From Polyangiaceae bacterium (GTDB lineage Bacteria > Myxococcota_A > Polyangia > Polyangiales > Polyangiaceae), in the NCBI GenBank assembly GCA_015075635.1, contig JABTUA010000002.1, positions 1,738,708-1,802,707 of the forward strand: 64,000 nt of DNA, in the 5' to 3' direction. Positions 51,526-62,000 of this stretch are shown piece by piece. The position numbers were made by a program, and so were the translations under genes. Every line of letters starts with the position of its first letter. The first letter of the stretch is position 1. The notes under the pieces are model-generated. The model was not told the DNA's origin. It saw only the letters and a program-made list of their open reading frames with translations, and ran no database searches.

Positions 51526-54500
51526 TGGCGCCGTCGAACTACGCTGCAATCAGCGACGAGAACCGAACGCGCTACGGCACCGACATCGGCATCGTCGGCC
51601 CGATGCTGCTCGCGGACCGCTACGACGACCGCACGCACTTCATCTTCGAGTTGCTCCAGAACGCCGAGGACGCGCTTGGCCGACGCAGCGACGCGAGGGG
51701 ACCTCGGAGCGTCACCTTCACGCTGTCGCCCTGGCGCCTGAAGCTCTCGCACTTCGGAAGACCGTTCGACGAGGCTGACGTGCGTGGCGTCTGCGGCATC
51801 GCGCAGAGCACCAAGGACCAGCACTCCATAGGCCGCTTCGGCATCGGCTTCAAGTCGGTCTACACGTTCACGGATTGCCCGGAAATTCACTCGGGCGAGG
51901 AGGACTTCGCAGTCGAAAACTACGTCCAGCCGAAGGCGGTGGCGCCGTCGGCGCGCGTCGCAGGCGAGACCCAGATCATCCTGCCCCTCAAGTTGGGCGA
52001 CAGCAGCGCGGAGCAGGAGATCGCGAACGGCTTCCAGCGCCTCGGCCCTGGCGCGCTGCTGTTCCTTCGACACATCGACGAGATCAACTGGAACATCGAG
52101 GGCGGCGCTTCCGGCGTCTACATGCGGAGCGCCCCGGAAGCTCTCGCTGAGAACGTCCACCGCATCAAGGTGATCGGCCAGGAGACCGGCAAGCCCGAGG
52201 TCGACCAGAACTGGCTGGTGTTCCACCGCGACGTGTCCTCGAACGCCGCCGAGAAGGTCGGTCGCGTTGAGATCGCCTTCTCGCTCATGCCCAGCAACGA
52301 CGAACCCGGGCGATGGGCGGTTCAGCAGCTCGTGGCGTCGCATCTGGTGGTCTTCTTCCCCACGGTCGTCTCCACGAACCTTGGCTTCCTCGTGCAGGGG
52401 CCGTACCGCACGACGCCCAGCCGCGACAACGTGCAGCGCAACGACCCTTGGAACCAACAGCTCGTGCAAGAGACGGCCGACTTGCTGGTAGAGGCCGTTC
52501 GCTGGCTTCGCGACAACGGGATGCTCGACGCTTCGGCGCTGCGTTGCCTCCCGACGGACCGAGCCAAATTCCCCGAGGGCGCGATGTTCACGCCGCTCTT
52601 CGAGGCGGTGCGCGAGGCCTTCTTGGAAGAAGCGCTGCTCCCGCGCAACGACGGCGGCCACGTCACTGCAGCACAAGCAAGGCTGGCGCGCACCCAGGAG
52701 CTGCGAGAGCTGTTCAGCGCCGGGCAGCTCGAGGAGTTGTTCGACGCCGAAGACTGCGCGTGGCTCACGGGAGACATCACGCAGGACCGCGCGCCTGAGC
52801 TTCGAAGGTACCTGCTGCAGGAACTCCAGGTTCCAGAGCTCACGCCCGACAAGATCGTCGTGAAGCTGGACAAGGCATTCCTCGAAGCGCAGTCGGACGA
52901 GTGGCTGACGCGCCTCTATGCCTTCTTGAGCGCGCAGAAGGCGATCGCGGGCCTCTTCAGCGGGCTTCCTTTGGTTCGCCTCGACGACGGCACGCACGTC
53001 GTCGCGCGCGAGAACGGGAAGTCGAATGCGTTCCTTCCCAGCGACATAGAGACCAGCTTCCCGACCGTCCGTCACGCCGTGTGTGGGTCTCCCGAGGCGC
53101 GCAGTTTCCTCGTCTCACTCGGGCTCACGGCACCGGATCCGGTCGATGACGTCGTGTGGAACGTGCTGCCGAAATACCCAGCGCCCGCAGTCGAGGGCGA
53201 CGACAACGCTTATGCCGCCGACATCGAGCGCATCCGCGTCGCCTTCAACACCGACTCGAAGGCGCAGCGAGACAAGCTGGTCTCGGCGCTGCGAGAGACG
53301 TCGTTCGTGATGGTGGTCGATGCCGGTGACGGGGAGGGCTACGTCGCTAGTCCCGGTAAGGTGTACATCGCGACAGACCGACTGAAGGCGCTTTTCGCTG
53401 GCGTTTCTGACGTCCTCGTCGTCGACGACAACTACGAGTGCCTTCGCGGAGAGGCCGTCCGTGAGCTGCTCGAGGCTTGCGGAGCGCTGAGGTACCTGCG
53501 CCCGGTGCCGACCCCGAACGCGCTTTCGCCGGAGGCGCGCCGGGAACTCCGACGCCAAACCGGCCATGAACAACTTGGGCAGTACGAGGATGTGACGGAT
53601 TGGGAACTGCTGGGTATTGAAGCGCTTCTCGCTCTGCTGCCGACGCTTTCCCAAGAGCAGCGCGCTGAACGCGCGCGCTTGCTCTGGGAATCCTTGGGCG
53701 ACCTCGAGGAGCGACGCGGGCGTGGCGTGTTCGAGGGCTCCTACACGTGGACGCACTACGGCCAGCGCAAGGCACCGCCGTTCCCGGCCGCCTTCCTCCG
53801 TCGTCTCGCCAAGGCAGCATGGGTGCCCGATGCCAGCGGCGATCTGGTGCGTCCCGCGCTCGTGACTTTCGAGAGCCTCAGCTGGAAGGCCAACCCGTTC
53901 CTCCTCAGCAAGATCGCGTTCAAGCCGCCGATCATCGACCAACTCGCGAAGGAAGCGGGAATCGAGCCCGCAGCGCTCGACCTGCTGCGAAAGCTCGGCA
54001 TCACCAGCGTCGCCGATCTGGCCCGCATCGGCATCGCCAACAAGCCTCCGCCCTCACCGCCTGATGAAGCGGCGACCGATAACGATGAAACGGCGGACGA
54101 AGGCGCGGAGGCGCAGGCCGCGGAGGTCGACGAGGCCAGCGATGATGCTGACGACGCCCTCAGCGTCGCCAATGCGGCTGCCTCGGAGGATAACGACGCC
54201 TCCGACCTGACCGTGGCCGACGCTGATGAGCCAGCGGGGAGCGACACCAACGACGAAAGCCCCGAAGCAGAACCGACCGGGCCGCACGCCAACGGCGCTC
54301 GCGGACCTCGGTCAACTAGCGGCCAGCACCGCCCCCACGGAGCAGCACGTCCGGGTCAACGCAACATCACCGGCCAAGCAGGGCTCGACGAGCAGGCAAA
54401 GCGCCTGCGGCGCCGCGTGGCGTCGTTCTTCGAGGGCGCGACCTCCGACGCAGACGACGAAGATACGACCGCAAGTTCGAGCGTCGCGTGGCAGACGAAG

Positions 54501-56048
54501 CTCGTCTGCCTCGACGTCGCTGCGGGCGGCCTCCAGCTCGAGATCGGTCCGCTCGATGGTCTCCCGCCCTTCGTGAAGAAGCTCCGCGTCCTCGGCACCG
54601 AGTGGGATGCCTTCGTGTTGGCGACGAACGCGAAGTTGCGCCCAACGCGGGTGTCTGTGCGGCCCGGAACCGGTCCGTGGCAGTGGGAGGCCGTGGGCTT
54701 CGAAGACGAGCAAGACCTCGGCCTCGACCAGCTCGCGCTCGGCGCGCTCGACGTCACGACGCCGCGCGTGTTCCGCGTCGACACAGAGGGCGTGGGCCAG
54801 CTCGTCACGAGCACCACCCTCTCCCTCGGGCAGTCCTATCGGCTGCTGCTTCCGCCGAACGTCGGTGGGGAGGTCGGCACGGCGCTGGCTGACGGGTGGA
54901 GGATCTGGACGCTCGACCTGCCGGCGCAGCTCTCGCCGTCGACGGGCGACGCACTGAAGGCCATCGGCGTTGACGTGGGCGAAGCATCGCCGCGCCTCGA
55001 GTGGGCCCTGGCCCCTGCTTCAGCGTGGCGCACCAACGCGCGTGGCGACAGCTATCCGGTGTTCGACGAGGGGATGGAGCTCCTCGTGAACCTGAACGCC
55101 GTCGCCCTCGAGGACGGCGACGAGGCCATGCTGTCCCTCCACGGCCCCGCAGGCACGGAACGCCTGGCTCTCTCGACGAGCGGGCTCGTCTCCCTGGGCA
55201 AACCCGCGGCGGGACGGTGGGCCTGCGCGCTGCTGCATTCGCGGACCAACGTGCAGACCGCGACGCTGGTCTTCGAGGTCGCGCGGAGCGTCACCGAGTA
55301 CGTCAGCGCGGCGTGGACGACGGGCGTGCCGCACGGATTGGCGTCGCTCGAAGCGACCGCCCCGCCTGGGTGGCCCGTCTCCGTGCGCTGGGGTGGGCTC
55401 GCCGCACACGAGGAGACGATCGCGACGGTCTACGGCAACGACGACCGGACCGTGTCCTTCGAGGATGTCCATCCACTCCTCGAGGCCCGTGCCGCACGAG
55501 CATCCGTCGCTGACCTCGTCGTCGACTTCCGCGAGCTGGGTCGCCGTCTGGTCCCTCTCGAGGGCCGCGCCTCGCTGGAGGAAATCCGCGCGCAGCTCAT
55601 CGCTCTCTGGCAACAGCGCTCCGAGCTCGTGCAGAGCCGCAAGGGCATGTGGTTGCAGCTCATGCCCACGTGGTTCGAGCCGACGACGACACGCCTTGGC
55701 TATGGCGTCGAATCGCTCGCCATACCCGACGGCGCAGATGCGCCGCACGACCTCGCCGCGTACCTGCTCACCATCGACGAGCGGACGAACGGAAGCATCA
55801 CGCGGTCGCCGTCGCGTCTCCTCGTGCTCACGACCGACGTCGACAGCGTGCTCCGCGACCTGCGCGAGTGGATCGACAGCGCCTGCGCGGCAGCGAGGGT
55901 GCGCGACGCGATCGTCACCGACGGCACCCGGTGGGCGACGCACCGCAAAGGCGACCGCCAACTCCGGCGGCGCGAGTGGTCGTTCGACCGCGCAATCAAT
56001 CTCGGCAGCGTGGACGACATGCTGAACGACCTCACGGAGGGTTTGTGA
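51525..56048 (+). CDS. GHKL (Bergerat-fold, sacsin/MORC-like) ATPase, 1507 aa, with acidic linker and shared C-terminal module
   Basis: N-box FIFELLQNAEDAL and G-box SIGRFGIGFKSVYTF. Asp/Glu/Ala-rich linker at about 54040-54290. The C-terminal ~553 aa are paralogous to the previous protein. TGATG overlap. Confidence 0.85.
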   Translation: MAPSNYAAISDENRTRYGTDIGIVGPMLLADRYDDRTHFIFELLQNAEDALGRRSDARGPRSVTFTLSPWRLKLSHFGRPFDEADVRGVCGIAQSTKDQHSIGRFGIGFKSVYTFTDCPEIHSGEEDFAVENYVQPKAVAPSARVAGETQIILPLKLGDSSAEQEIANGFQRLGPGALLFLRHIDEINWNIEGGASGVYMRSAPEALAENVHRIKVIGQETGKPEVDQNWLVFHRDVSSNAAEKVGRVEIAFSLMPSNDEPGRWAVQQLVASHLVVFFPTVVSTNLGFLVQGPYRTTPSRDNVQRNDPWNQQLVQETADLLVEAVRWLRDNGMLDASALRCLPTDRAKFPEGAMFTPLFEAVREAFLEEALLPRNDGGHVTAAQARLARTQELRELFSAGQLEELFDAEDCAWLTGDITQDRAPELRRYLLQELQVPELTPDKIVVKLDKAFLEAQSDEWLTRLYAFLSAQKAIAGLFSGLPLVRLDDGTHVVARENGKSNAFLPSDIETSFPTVRHAVCGSPEARSFLVSLGLTAPDPVDDVVWNVLPKYPAPAVEGDDNAYAADIERIRVAFNTDSKAQRDKLVSALRETSFVMVVDAGDGEGYVASPGKVYIATDRLKALFAGVSDVLVVDDNYECLRGEAVRELLEACGALRYLRPVPTPNALSPEARRELRRQTGHEQLGQYEDVTDWELLGIEALLALLPTLSQEQRAERARLLWESLGDLEERRGRGVFEGSYTWTHYGQRKAPPFPAAFLRRLAKAAWVPDASGDLVRPALVTFESLSWKANPFLLSKIAFKPPIIDQLAKEAGIEPAALDLLRKLGITSVADLARIGIANKPPPSPPDEAATDNDETADEGAEAQAAEVDEASDDADDALSVANAAASEDNDASDLTVADADEPAGSDTNDESPEAEPTGPHANGARGPRSTSGQHRPHGAARPGQRNITGQAGLDEQAKRLRRRVASFFEGATSDADDEDTTASSSVAWQTKLVCLDVAAGGLQLEIGPLDGLPPFVKKLRVLGTEWDAFVLATNAKLRPTRVSVRPGTGPWQWEAVGFEDEQDLGLDQLALGALDVTTPRVFRVDTEGVGQLVTSTTLSLGQSYRLLLPPNVGGEVGTALADGWRIWTLDLPAQLSPSTGDALKAIGVDVGEASPRLEWALAPASAWRTNARGDSYPVFDEGMELLVNLNAVALEDGDEAMLSLHGPAGTERLALSTSGLVSLGKPAAGRWACALLHSRTNVQTATLVFEVARSVTEYVSAAWTTGVPHGLASLEATAPPGWPVSVRWGGLAAHEETIATVYGNDDRTVSFEDVHPLLEARAARASVADLVVDFRELGRRLVPLEGRASLEEIRAQLIALWQQRSELVQSRKGMWLQLMPTWFEPTTTRLGYGVESLAIPDGADAPHDLAAYLLTIDERTNGSITRSPSRLLVLTTDVDSVLRDLREWIDSACAAARVRDAIVTDGTRWATHRKGDRQLRRREWSFDRAINLGSVDDMLNDLTEGL

Positions 56049-57031
56049 TGACGCTCTCGCATGTCACTCGCGAAGAGGCAGTGAAGCGGCTCGCTGAGAG
56101 GCAAGCCGGTGCCCCAGACTCCATCGAAGCGCTGTGCGATTTCCTGCGCGCCGAGGTTCACGCCCGGAAGCACGCGCCGCGCGCGGCGACGCTTTCGCGC
56201 GTCGCACGACTGCTCGCGCCCGCCATCACGCTCGATGAGCAGCGCCTCGACGAGGTGTGCGACGCGCTCGAGCGCGAGGGTGACGTGATGCTCAACCCGG
56301 GCGGCATCCTCTACGCAACGCCGACCCGCGTGGTTGCCACTGAGACGAGTGCTCGTACCTTCAGCAGCGTGCCGACGCGCGCGCTTGCGAAGGCGCTCGG
56401 ACGCGACATCTCCGCGAAGGGCGCCTCGCGCACAATCACCTCGGTGGAAGGGCTCACCGAAGCCGTCGCCAAGGTGAGCGGCGTGATGGTCCCACCCGCA
56501 GCGTGGGCCGGGCTCGACCGCTCGCCGAACGCCGACGCGGCCTTCCTTGGGAAGCTCGACCAGAGGCTCGAATGGCAGGCGCTCGGCGCAGGCTCGCTTG
56601 AGAAGGACGGGGCGCTCGAATGGCGTGCCTGGCATGTCACGCCGGAAGGGGCGCGGTGGCGGCGCAGCAACGAAGGCCAACTCTGGTGGGCGCGTACGCG
56701 CTTCGGCAGCCACCATCGCGCGTGGACGACGAGCGCGTCTCCGGCGACGAGCCCGTTCGTCGCGCTGAGCCCCGACGACGCCGACCGCGCCCGCTTCGCG
56801 CTCTCGCGCGAGATCGCTGCGGCTTCGGTCCTGCGTGTCGAGCGAGCCGGCAAGCGCGTGACTATCGAGGTTCCCGGTTGGCTGCCGCGCCCCGAGTACC
56901 GCTGGCTCTCGCTGCACGCGGTGGCCGTTGCGGAGAGCAAGGGCATGCGCTGGGAGACCTCGACGGATAGCGAAGACCAGATCACGAAGCTGCTGGCCGA
57001 GCGTCTCGGTCTCGTCGTGGAGGCCACGTGA
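56048..57031 (+). CDS. Hypothetical protein (327 aa)
   Basis: The ATG at 56048 overlaps the previous stop (TGATG). GC3-biased. No family recognised. Confidence 0.7.
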   Translation: MTLSHVTREEAVKRLAERQAGAPDSIEALCDFLRAEVHARKHAPRAATLSRVARLLAPAITLDEQRLDEVCDALEREGDVMLNPGGILYATPTRVVATETSARTFSSVPTRALAKALGRDISAKGASRTITSVEGLTEAVAKVSGVMVPPAAWAGLDRSPNADAAFLGKLDQRLEWQALGAGSLEKDGALEWRAWHVTPEGARWRRSNEGQLWWARTRFGSHHRAWTTSASPATSPFVALSPDDADRARFALSREIAAASVLRVERAGKRVTIEVPGWLPRPEYRWLSLHAVAVAESKGMRWETSTDSEDQITKLLAERLGLVVEAT

Positions 57032-59094
57032 CGCGACGACAGCTCACCATCAAACCGAGCTGCATGCGGGAGATCGCGACGTTCCCTTCGGACCGCGCCG
57101 CGCTGCTCTGGGACAAGATCGACGCGCTCGTCTCCGACCCACTCCCCGATGGGAAGGTGAAGAAGAAGCTCAAGGGCGCCGACGGCGTCTACCGCATGCG
57201 CGTGACGGACCACCGCGTGTTCTATCGCTTCGGCGAGGACTGGCTCAGCCTGCTCGGCATCCGGCGGCGCGCCGAAGACACCTACGACGGCGTGCCCGAC
57301 GAGACCGCCGGCGCCCAAGCGCCCGACGACGGCGACGAAAACCTCGATGCGCTCATCGCAGCCGCGCAGCCGAAGGTCTTCCAGCTCAAGACGACCGCGC
57401 CCGAGACAACGCTGCCCGAGCCCATCACGCAGGAGCTGCTGCGCGAGCTCGGCGTGCCCGTCGCGGTGGTGCCGACTCTGTTGCACTGCAAGACGGAAGA
57501 AGCGTTGCTCGAAGCCCCCGTGCCTCCCGACGTTCTCAGTCGCGTCGTCGACCGCCTCTTCCCGCCGACCATCGAACGGCTCGACGAGCAGCCCGATCTC
57601 GTCGTCGCGTCCACGAAGGACCTGGTTCGTTTCAAGGAGGGCGACCTCCTCGGCTTCCTGCTGCGGCTCGACGAGGACCAGCTCAAGCTGACCCAGTGGG
57701 CGATGAAGGGACCCACGCTTGTTCGTGGCGGTGCAGGTACGGGCAAGAGCACCGTCGCCCTCTACCGCGTGAAGGCCCTCCTCGAACGGCCCGGCGCGAC
57801 AGGCGCCGAGCGCGTGCTGTTCACGACCTACACGCGCTCGCTGCTCACCGTAACGCAGCAGCTCCTCGAACAGCTCCTCACGCCCGCCCAGCTTCGCCGT
57901 GTCGATGTCGCGACGTGCGACCAGGTTGCATGGCGCATCGTCGGCAAGGCTCGCAAGGTCGGCCAGCTCGAATCCGACAACGACGCGCTCAAGCGCCTGG
58001 CCAAGCTCCGGGCGACGCACGCGCCCGGCGGCTCCGACTTCGAAGCGAAGCTGCGTGCGCGGGCGCTGGAGCGCCTGACGGACGCGTGGCTGCTCGAAGA
58101 GTTCGAGTGGATCATCGAGGGACGCGGCCTGACGAGCCTCACCGAGTACCAGGCGGCGGCGCGTCCGGGTCGAGGGCTGCCGCTCAACGAGCGTGCTCGC
58201 GCGGCTGTTTGGGAACTGTACGAGGCGTTCAGCAGGGGCGCGGGCGAACGCTACCCGGCGCTGCGCTGCGAGGCGCTGAAGCTGCTCGCCGAAGACGCCA
58301 AGGCGGTCCGCTACGACTACGTGGTCGTCGATGAGGCGCAGGACCTGAGCCCCGTCTCGCTCGCGCTGATGGCCGAGGTCTGCAAGACCGCCGAGGGCCT
58401 GTTCTTCGCCGCCGACAACAAGCAGTCGCTCTACTCGCGCAACTACACGTGGAGCTCGGCGCACCCGCGCCTCCAGTTCCGAGGGCGCACGGCGCTGCTC
58501 TCTCGCAACTACCGCTCGACGCGTGAGATCGACCGCGCCGCGTTCTCGGTGCTCGTGCCCGGTGAGGACGAGGAGCTGGTGGCCTCGAATAGCGTCCACG
58601 AAGGGCCGCTTCCGGTGCTGGTACGTGGCATCGCCGCCGACAAGCAGGCCGAGTGGATGGCACGCTTCGTCCGGCAAATGGCGCGTCACCTTCACCTGAA
58701 GGCGAGCACCGCCGCCGTGCTCGTACCCGTGGCTGCCGCAGGCGAAACGCTGGCCACCGAGCTTCAGGCGCAGGGCGTCCCGGCTCGCTTCTTCCCTGGC
58801 CGCGATCTCGACCTCAAGGCCGACGTCGTGCGCGTGTTGACGCTGCACGCGGCCAAGGGCCTGGAGTTTCCCATCGTCATCGTCGCTGGCCTCGACAGCG
58901 GCAACTGGCCCGTGCCCGAGGACTTCGAAGAACCGGACCTCTTCGCTGAGCGCGCACGCCACGAGCGGCGTGTGCTCTACGTCGGGCTCACCCGCGCGAT
59001 GCGCGGCTTGATGCTGATTTCTCCACAAGGATGTCGGCATCCCGCCGTCGTCGATCTCGACCTCAACCACTGGCACGTGGAGAGCGCCCCATGA
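57028..59094 (+). CDS. RelE/ParE-like N-domain fused to UvrD/Rep-type SF1 helicase
   Basis: N-terminus KKLKGADGVYRMRVTDHRVFYRFGEDWLSLLGIRRRAEDTY. Helicase motifs GGAGTGKSTVALY, YDYVVVDEAQDLSP, RNYRSTREI, LTLHAAKGLEFPIVIV, VLYVGLTRAMRGL. Confidence 0.88.
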   Translation: MTRRQLTIKPSCMREIATFPSDRAALLWDKIDALVSDPLPDGKVKKKLKGADGVYRMRVTDHRVFYRFGEDWLSLLGIRRRAEDTYDGVPDETAGAQAPDDGDENLDALIAAAQPKVFQLKTTAPETTLPEPITQELLRELGVPVAVVPTLLHCKTEEALLEAPVPPDVLSRVVDRLFPPTIERLDEQPDLVVASTKDLVRFKEGDLLGFLLRLDEDQLKLTQWAMKGPTLVRGGAGTGKSTVALYRVKALLERPGATGAERVLFTTYTRSLLTVTQQLLEQLLTPAQLRRVDVATCDQVAWRIVGKARKVGQLESDNDALKRLAKLRATHAPGGSDFEAKLRARALERLTDAWLLEEFEWIIEGRGLTSLTEYQAAARPGRGLPLNERARAAVWELYEAFSRGAGERYPALRCEALKLLAEDAKAVRYDYVVVDEAQDLSPVSLALMAEVCKTAEGLFFAADNKQSLYSRNYTWSSAHPRLQFRGRTALLSRNYRSTREIDRAAFSVLVPGEDEELVASNSVHEGPLPVLVRGIAADKQAEWMARFVRQMARHLHLKASTAAVLVPVAAAGETLATELQAQGVPARFFPGRDLDLKADVVRVLTLHAAKGLEFPIVIVAGLDSGNWPVPEDFEEPDLFAERARHERRVLYVGLTRAMRGLMLISPQGCRHPAVVDLDLNHWHVESAP

Positions 59095-62000
59095 GCAATG
59101 TGAACCTCCACAACTACGCCGATGAAGGTCGTCTCGTCGACGCGGACATCGTCGGCTTCCTCCGCAAGAAGCTCGACAAGGGCGACAAGCTTGATTTCAC
59201 GAACATAGTCGAGGTGGCCGACGCGGTGCTCGACGCGCTTTTCGACGGCTGGTCGCCGGAGCAAGTGGCCGAGGTCATCGCTGAGCTGAGCCCGGCCGCC
59301 GACAGGGCGCTCGCTGCGTGGTCGGATCGCGCGGGCGGCAAGGTCACGAAGGCAGAGAAGACCACGCGCAAAGCCACCGTGCGCAAGCCGGCGCAGTCGC
59401 CGCGCCCGCCCTCGGTCCTCGAACGCGACCCGACGGGCGACGAGCGTTTCACGCCCACGCGCCTCGTGCGCCGTCTTCAGGAGGCCCTGCAGGGCTACAT
59501 CGAGAGCGCATACCCGCTGAACGACCCGACGCTGGTCCGCTCACGTCGCCGCCTGCTCAAAGAGGAGGCGGGCGGCCACCTGCTCGCGCAGGAGCCCTAC
59601 ATCGAGACCACCACGCGCTACGCGACGTCGAAGGCGACCTACGGTGACATCGGGTTCACGCCGGAGATCGCAGGCTTTTTCTCGAAACTGGCCAAGACGC
59701 CGTCGGCGCAGAGCACTCCGGAGGACGAACGCACGGTCCTTCTTCCGTCGATCTACATGCATCAGGAGCGCGCCTTCCGCGAGTTCCTCGTGGAGCGGAA
59801 GGACATCGTCGTGGCGACGGGCACGGGCTCCGGGAAGACGGAGTGCTTCCTCGTGCCGATGCTGGGCTCGCTCTACGATGAGGCCGTTCGGTCGCCGAGG
59901 ACGTTCGAGCAGCCCGGCGTGCGCGCGCTGATCCTGTACCCGATGAACGCGCTGGTGAATGACCAACTCTCGCGCCTGCGCCTGCTACTCGGCGACCCTG
60001 CCGTCGCCGACGCCTTCAAGGGGCTCGGGAAGGATCGCCGCTTCCCGCGCTTCGGCATGTACACCGGGCGCACGCCGTACCCCGGCCCGCGAACGACCTC
60101 GCGAGACGGCGAGCGTGTGAAGCCGCTGCTTGACTACTATTTGGGCCTGCCGCCCGAGGTCGAAGAACGCCTCCGTCGTCTGGGACGCTATCCCGCCAAG
60201 GATCTCCGCGCCTTCTACGCGCAGAACGAGGCGCGCCGCAAGACGTACCAGAGCGGCAAGCGCACCGGGCAGGAGTATACGGACCACAACTGGGAGCGGC
60301 GCCTGCATACCGGGGCTGCCGATCGCGAGCTGCTGACGCGGCAGGAGATGGTCCACGGCGCAGGCAGCCGCCCGGGCCACGCGCCCGACGTCCTGGTCAC
60401 GAACTATTCGATGCTCGAGTACATGCTCATGCGCCCGTTCGAGCGCCCCATCTTCGCCGAGACGAAGGGCTGGCTCGACCGGGACGGCACGCAGCTCCTG
60501 CTCGTCCTCGACGAGGCGCACATGTACCGGGGAGCCAAGGGTGCGGAGGTCGCGTTCCTCATCCGCCGCTTGCGCGCGCGTCTTGGCATCCACGACCGCC
60601 CCGACAAGCTGCGCGTCATCGCCACATCCGCCTCGCTCGGCGAAGGCGCGGCGGCGGTCGATGCGGTCAAGCGCTTCGCCGCTGACATCACCGGCAAGCG
60701 CCCTGAGAGCTTCGAGGCCATCACGGGCACGCGCGAGGTTCCGACGCCTGCCAGCCCCGCCCCGAAGGACGTGGCCGACACGCTGGCCTCGCTCGACCTC
60801 GACGGCATCAACGAGGCGCTCGACGCACCCGCGCTCCGCGAGAAGCTCGCGCCGCTGCTCCCGGCGAGCATCGCGACTGACGCCAGCGAGAACGAAGTGC
60901 TCGCGGCCCTGCATGCAGCCTTGAAGAACAAGCCGTGGGTCAACCAGTTGGTGAAGGAAGCGGCTGGCCACGCGGTCGCAGTGAGCGAGCTCGCTCCGCG
61001 CGTGTTCCCGGGTCACCCGGAGGCTCGCCGCGCGCTGGAAGCGCTTCTCACGGTGTCCACGCTCGCGCGCAACAAGGCCGACGAACCGGGGTTAGTGCCG
61101 ACGCGCGTGCATGGGCTCTTCCGTGGCCTGCACGGGCTCTATGCCTGCGTGAACCCGCAGTGCGGTGGACGCCAGAGCGAGCCGGGCGAGCAGGCTATCC
61201 TGGGCAAGCTATTCACCACTCCGAGCGCGGTGTGTGACGCCTGCGGCTGCCGCGTCTTCGAGATCGCGTCATGCCGCGACTGCGGCAGCCCGTACCTGCT
61301 CGCCTACTCGCAGGAGGAGTCGCTCGACCGGCTCTCCTTCCTCTGGGGCGAGACCGAGGGCGCGCTGTTCCGTCTGCAGCTTTTGCCGACCGCGCCGCGC
61401 TACACCGACCGCACCGAGATCGTGCGGCTCCACCTGCGCACCGGCTACCTCGATACCGGCAATCGCTTCCCTGACGACGAGGTTCGCAACCTGGCCCTCT
61501 GGCTCGATAGCGATGGCAAGCGCGAGGCCTCGTTCGACCGCTGCGCCATGTGCCAGCCCTCGGCGAACGCGAGGAGCCGCATCCACGACTTCAGGACGCG
61601 CGGCGAGCAGCCCTTCACGGCGCTCATCGAGGCGCAGTTCGCGGAACAGCCGCCGCAGAAGAAGGACCGTCGCCTACCGAACCACGGGCGAAAGGTCCTG
61701 GTCTTCAGCGACGGCCGGCAGAAGGCTGCACGCCTGGCACCCGCGCTCGAGCACAGCCACGCACGCGATCTGTTCCGCCAGGTCGTCGCGCTTGCTGCCC
61801 ACGAGCTTCGTGACAAGGCGGGCATGTCGGCGATGCAGTACCTCTATCCCGCCGTCGTGCATCTCTGCGCCCAGCGCGGCTACGACCTGTTTCCTGCCGC
61901 CGACGAGAGCGAGTTCCACAACCATCTGAAGCAAGCGAATGGACGTTCGCTCGCAGAGGTAAGGAAGCTCGCAGATCGCGGCATGCTGCGCGCCACGCGT

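Noticed and set aside
48724-51549. 941-aa minus-strand ORF. Similar long minus-strand ORFs lie at 41552-43711, 45864-47624, 51465-53075, 56311-59076, 59985-61016 and 62319-63722.
   Set aside because: All are shadow ORFs opposite motif-bearing plus-strand genes. Their composition is dominated by R/A/G/E/L/V and no recognisable domains are present.
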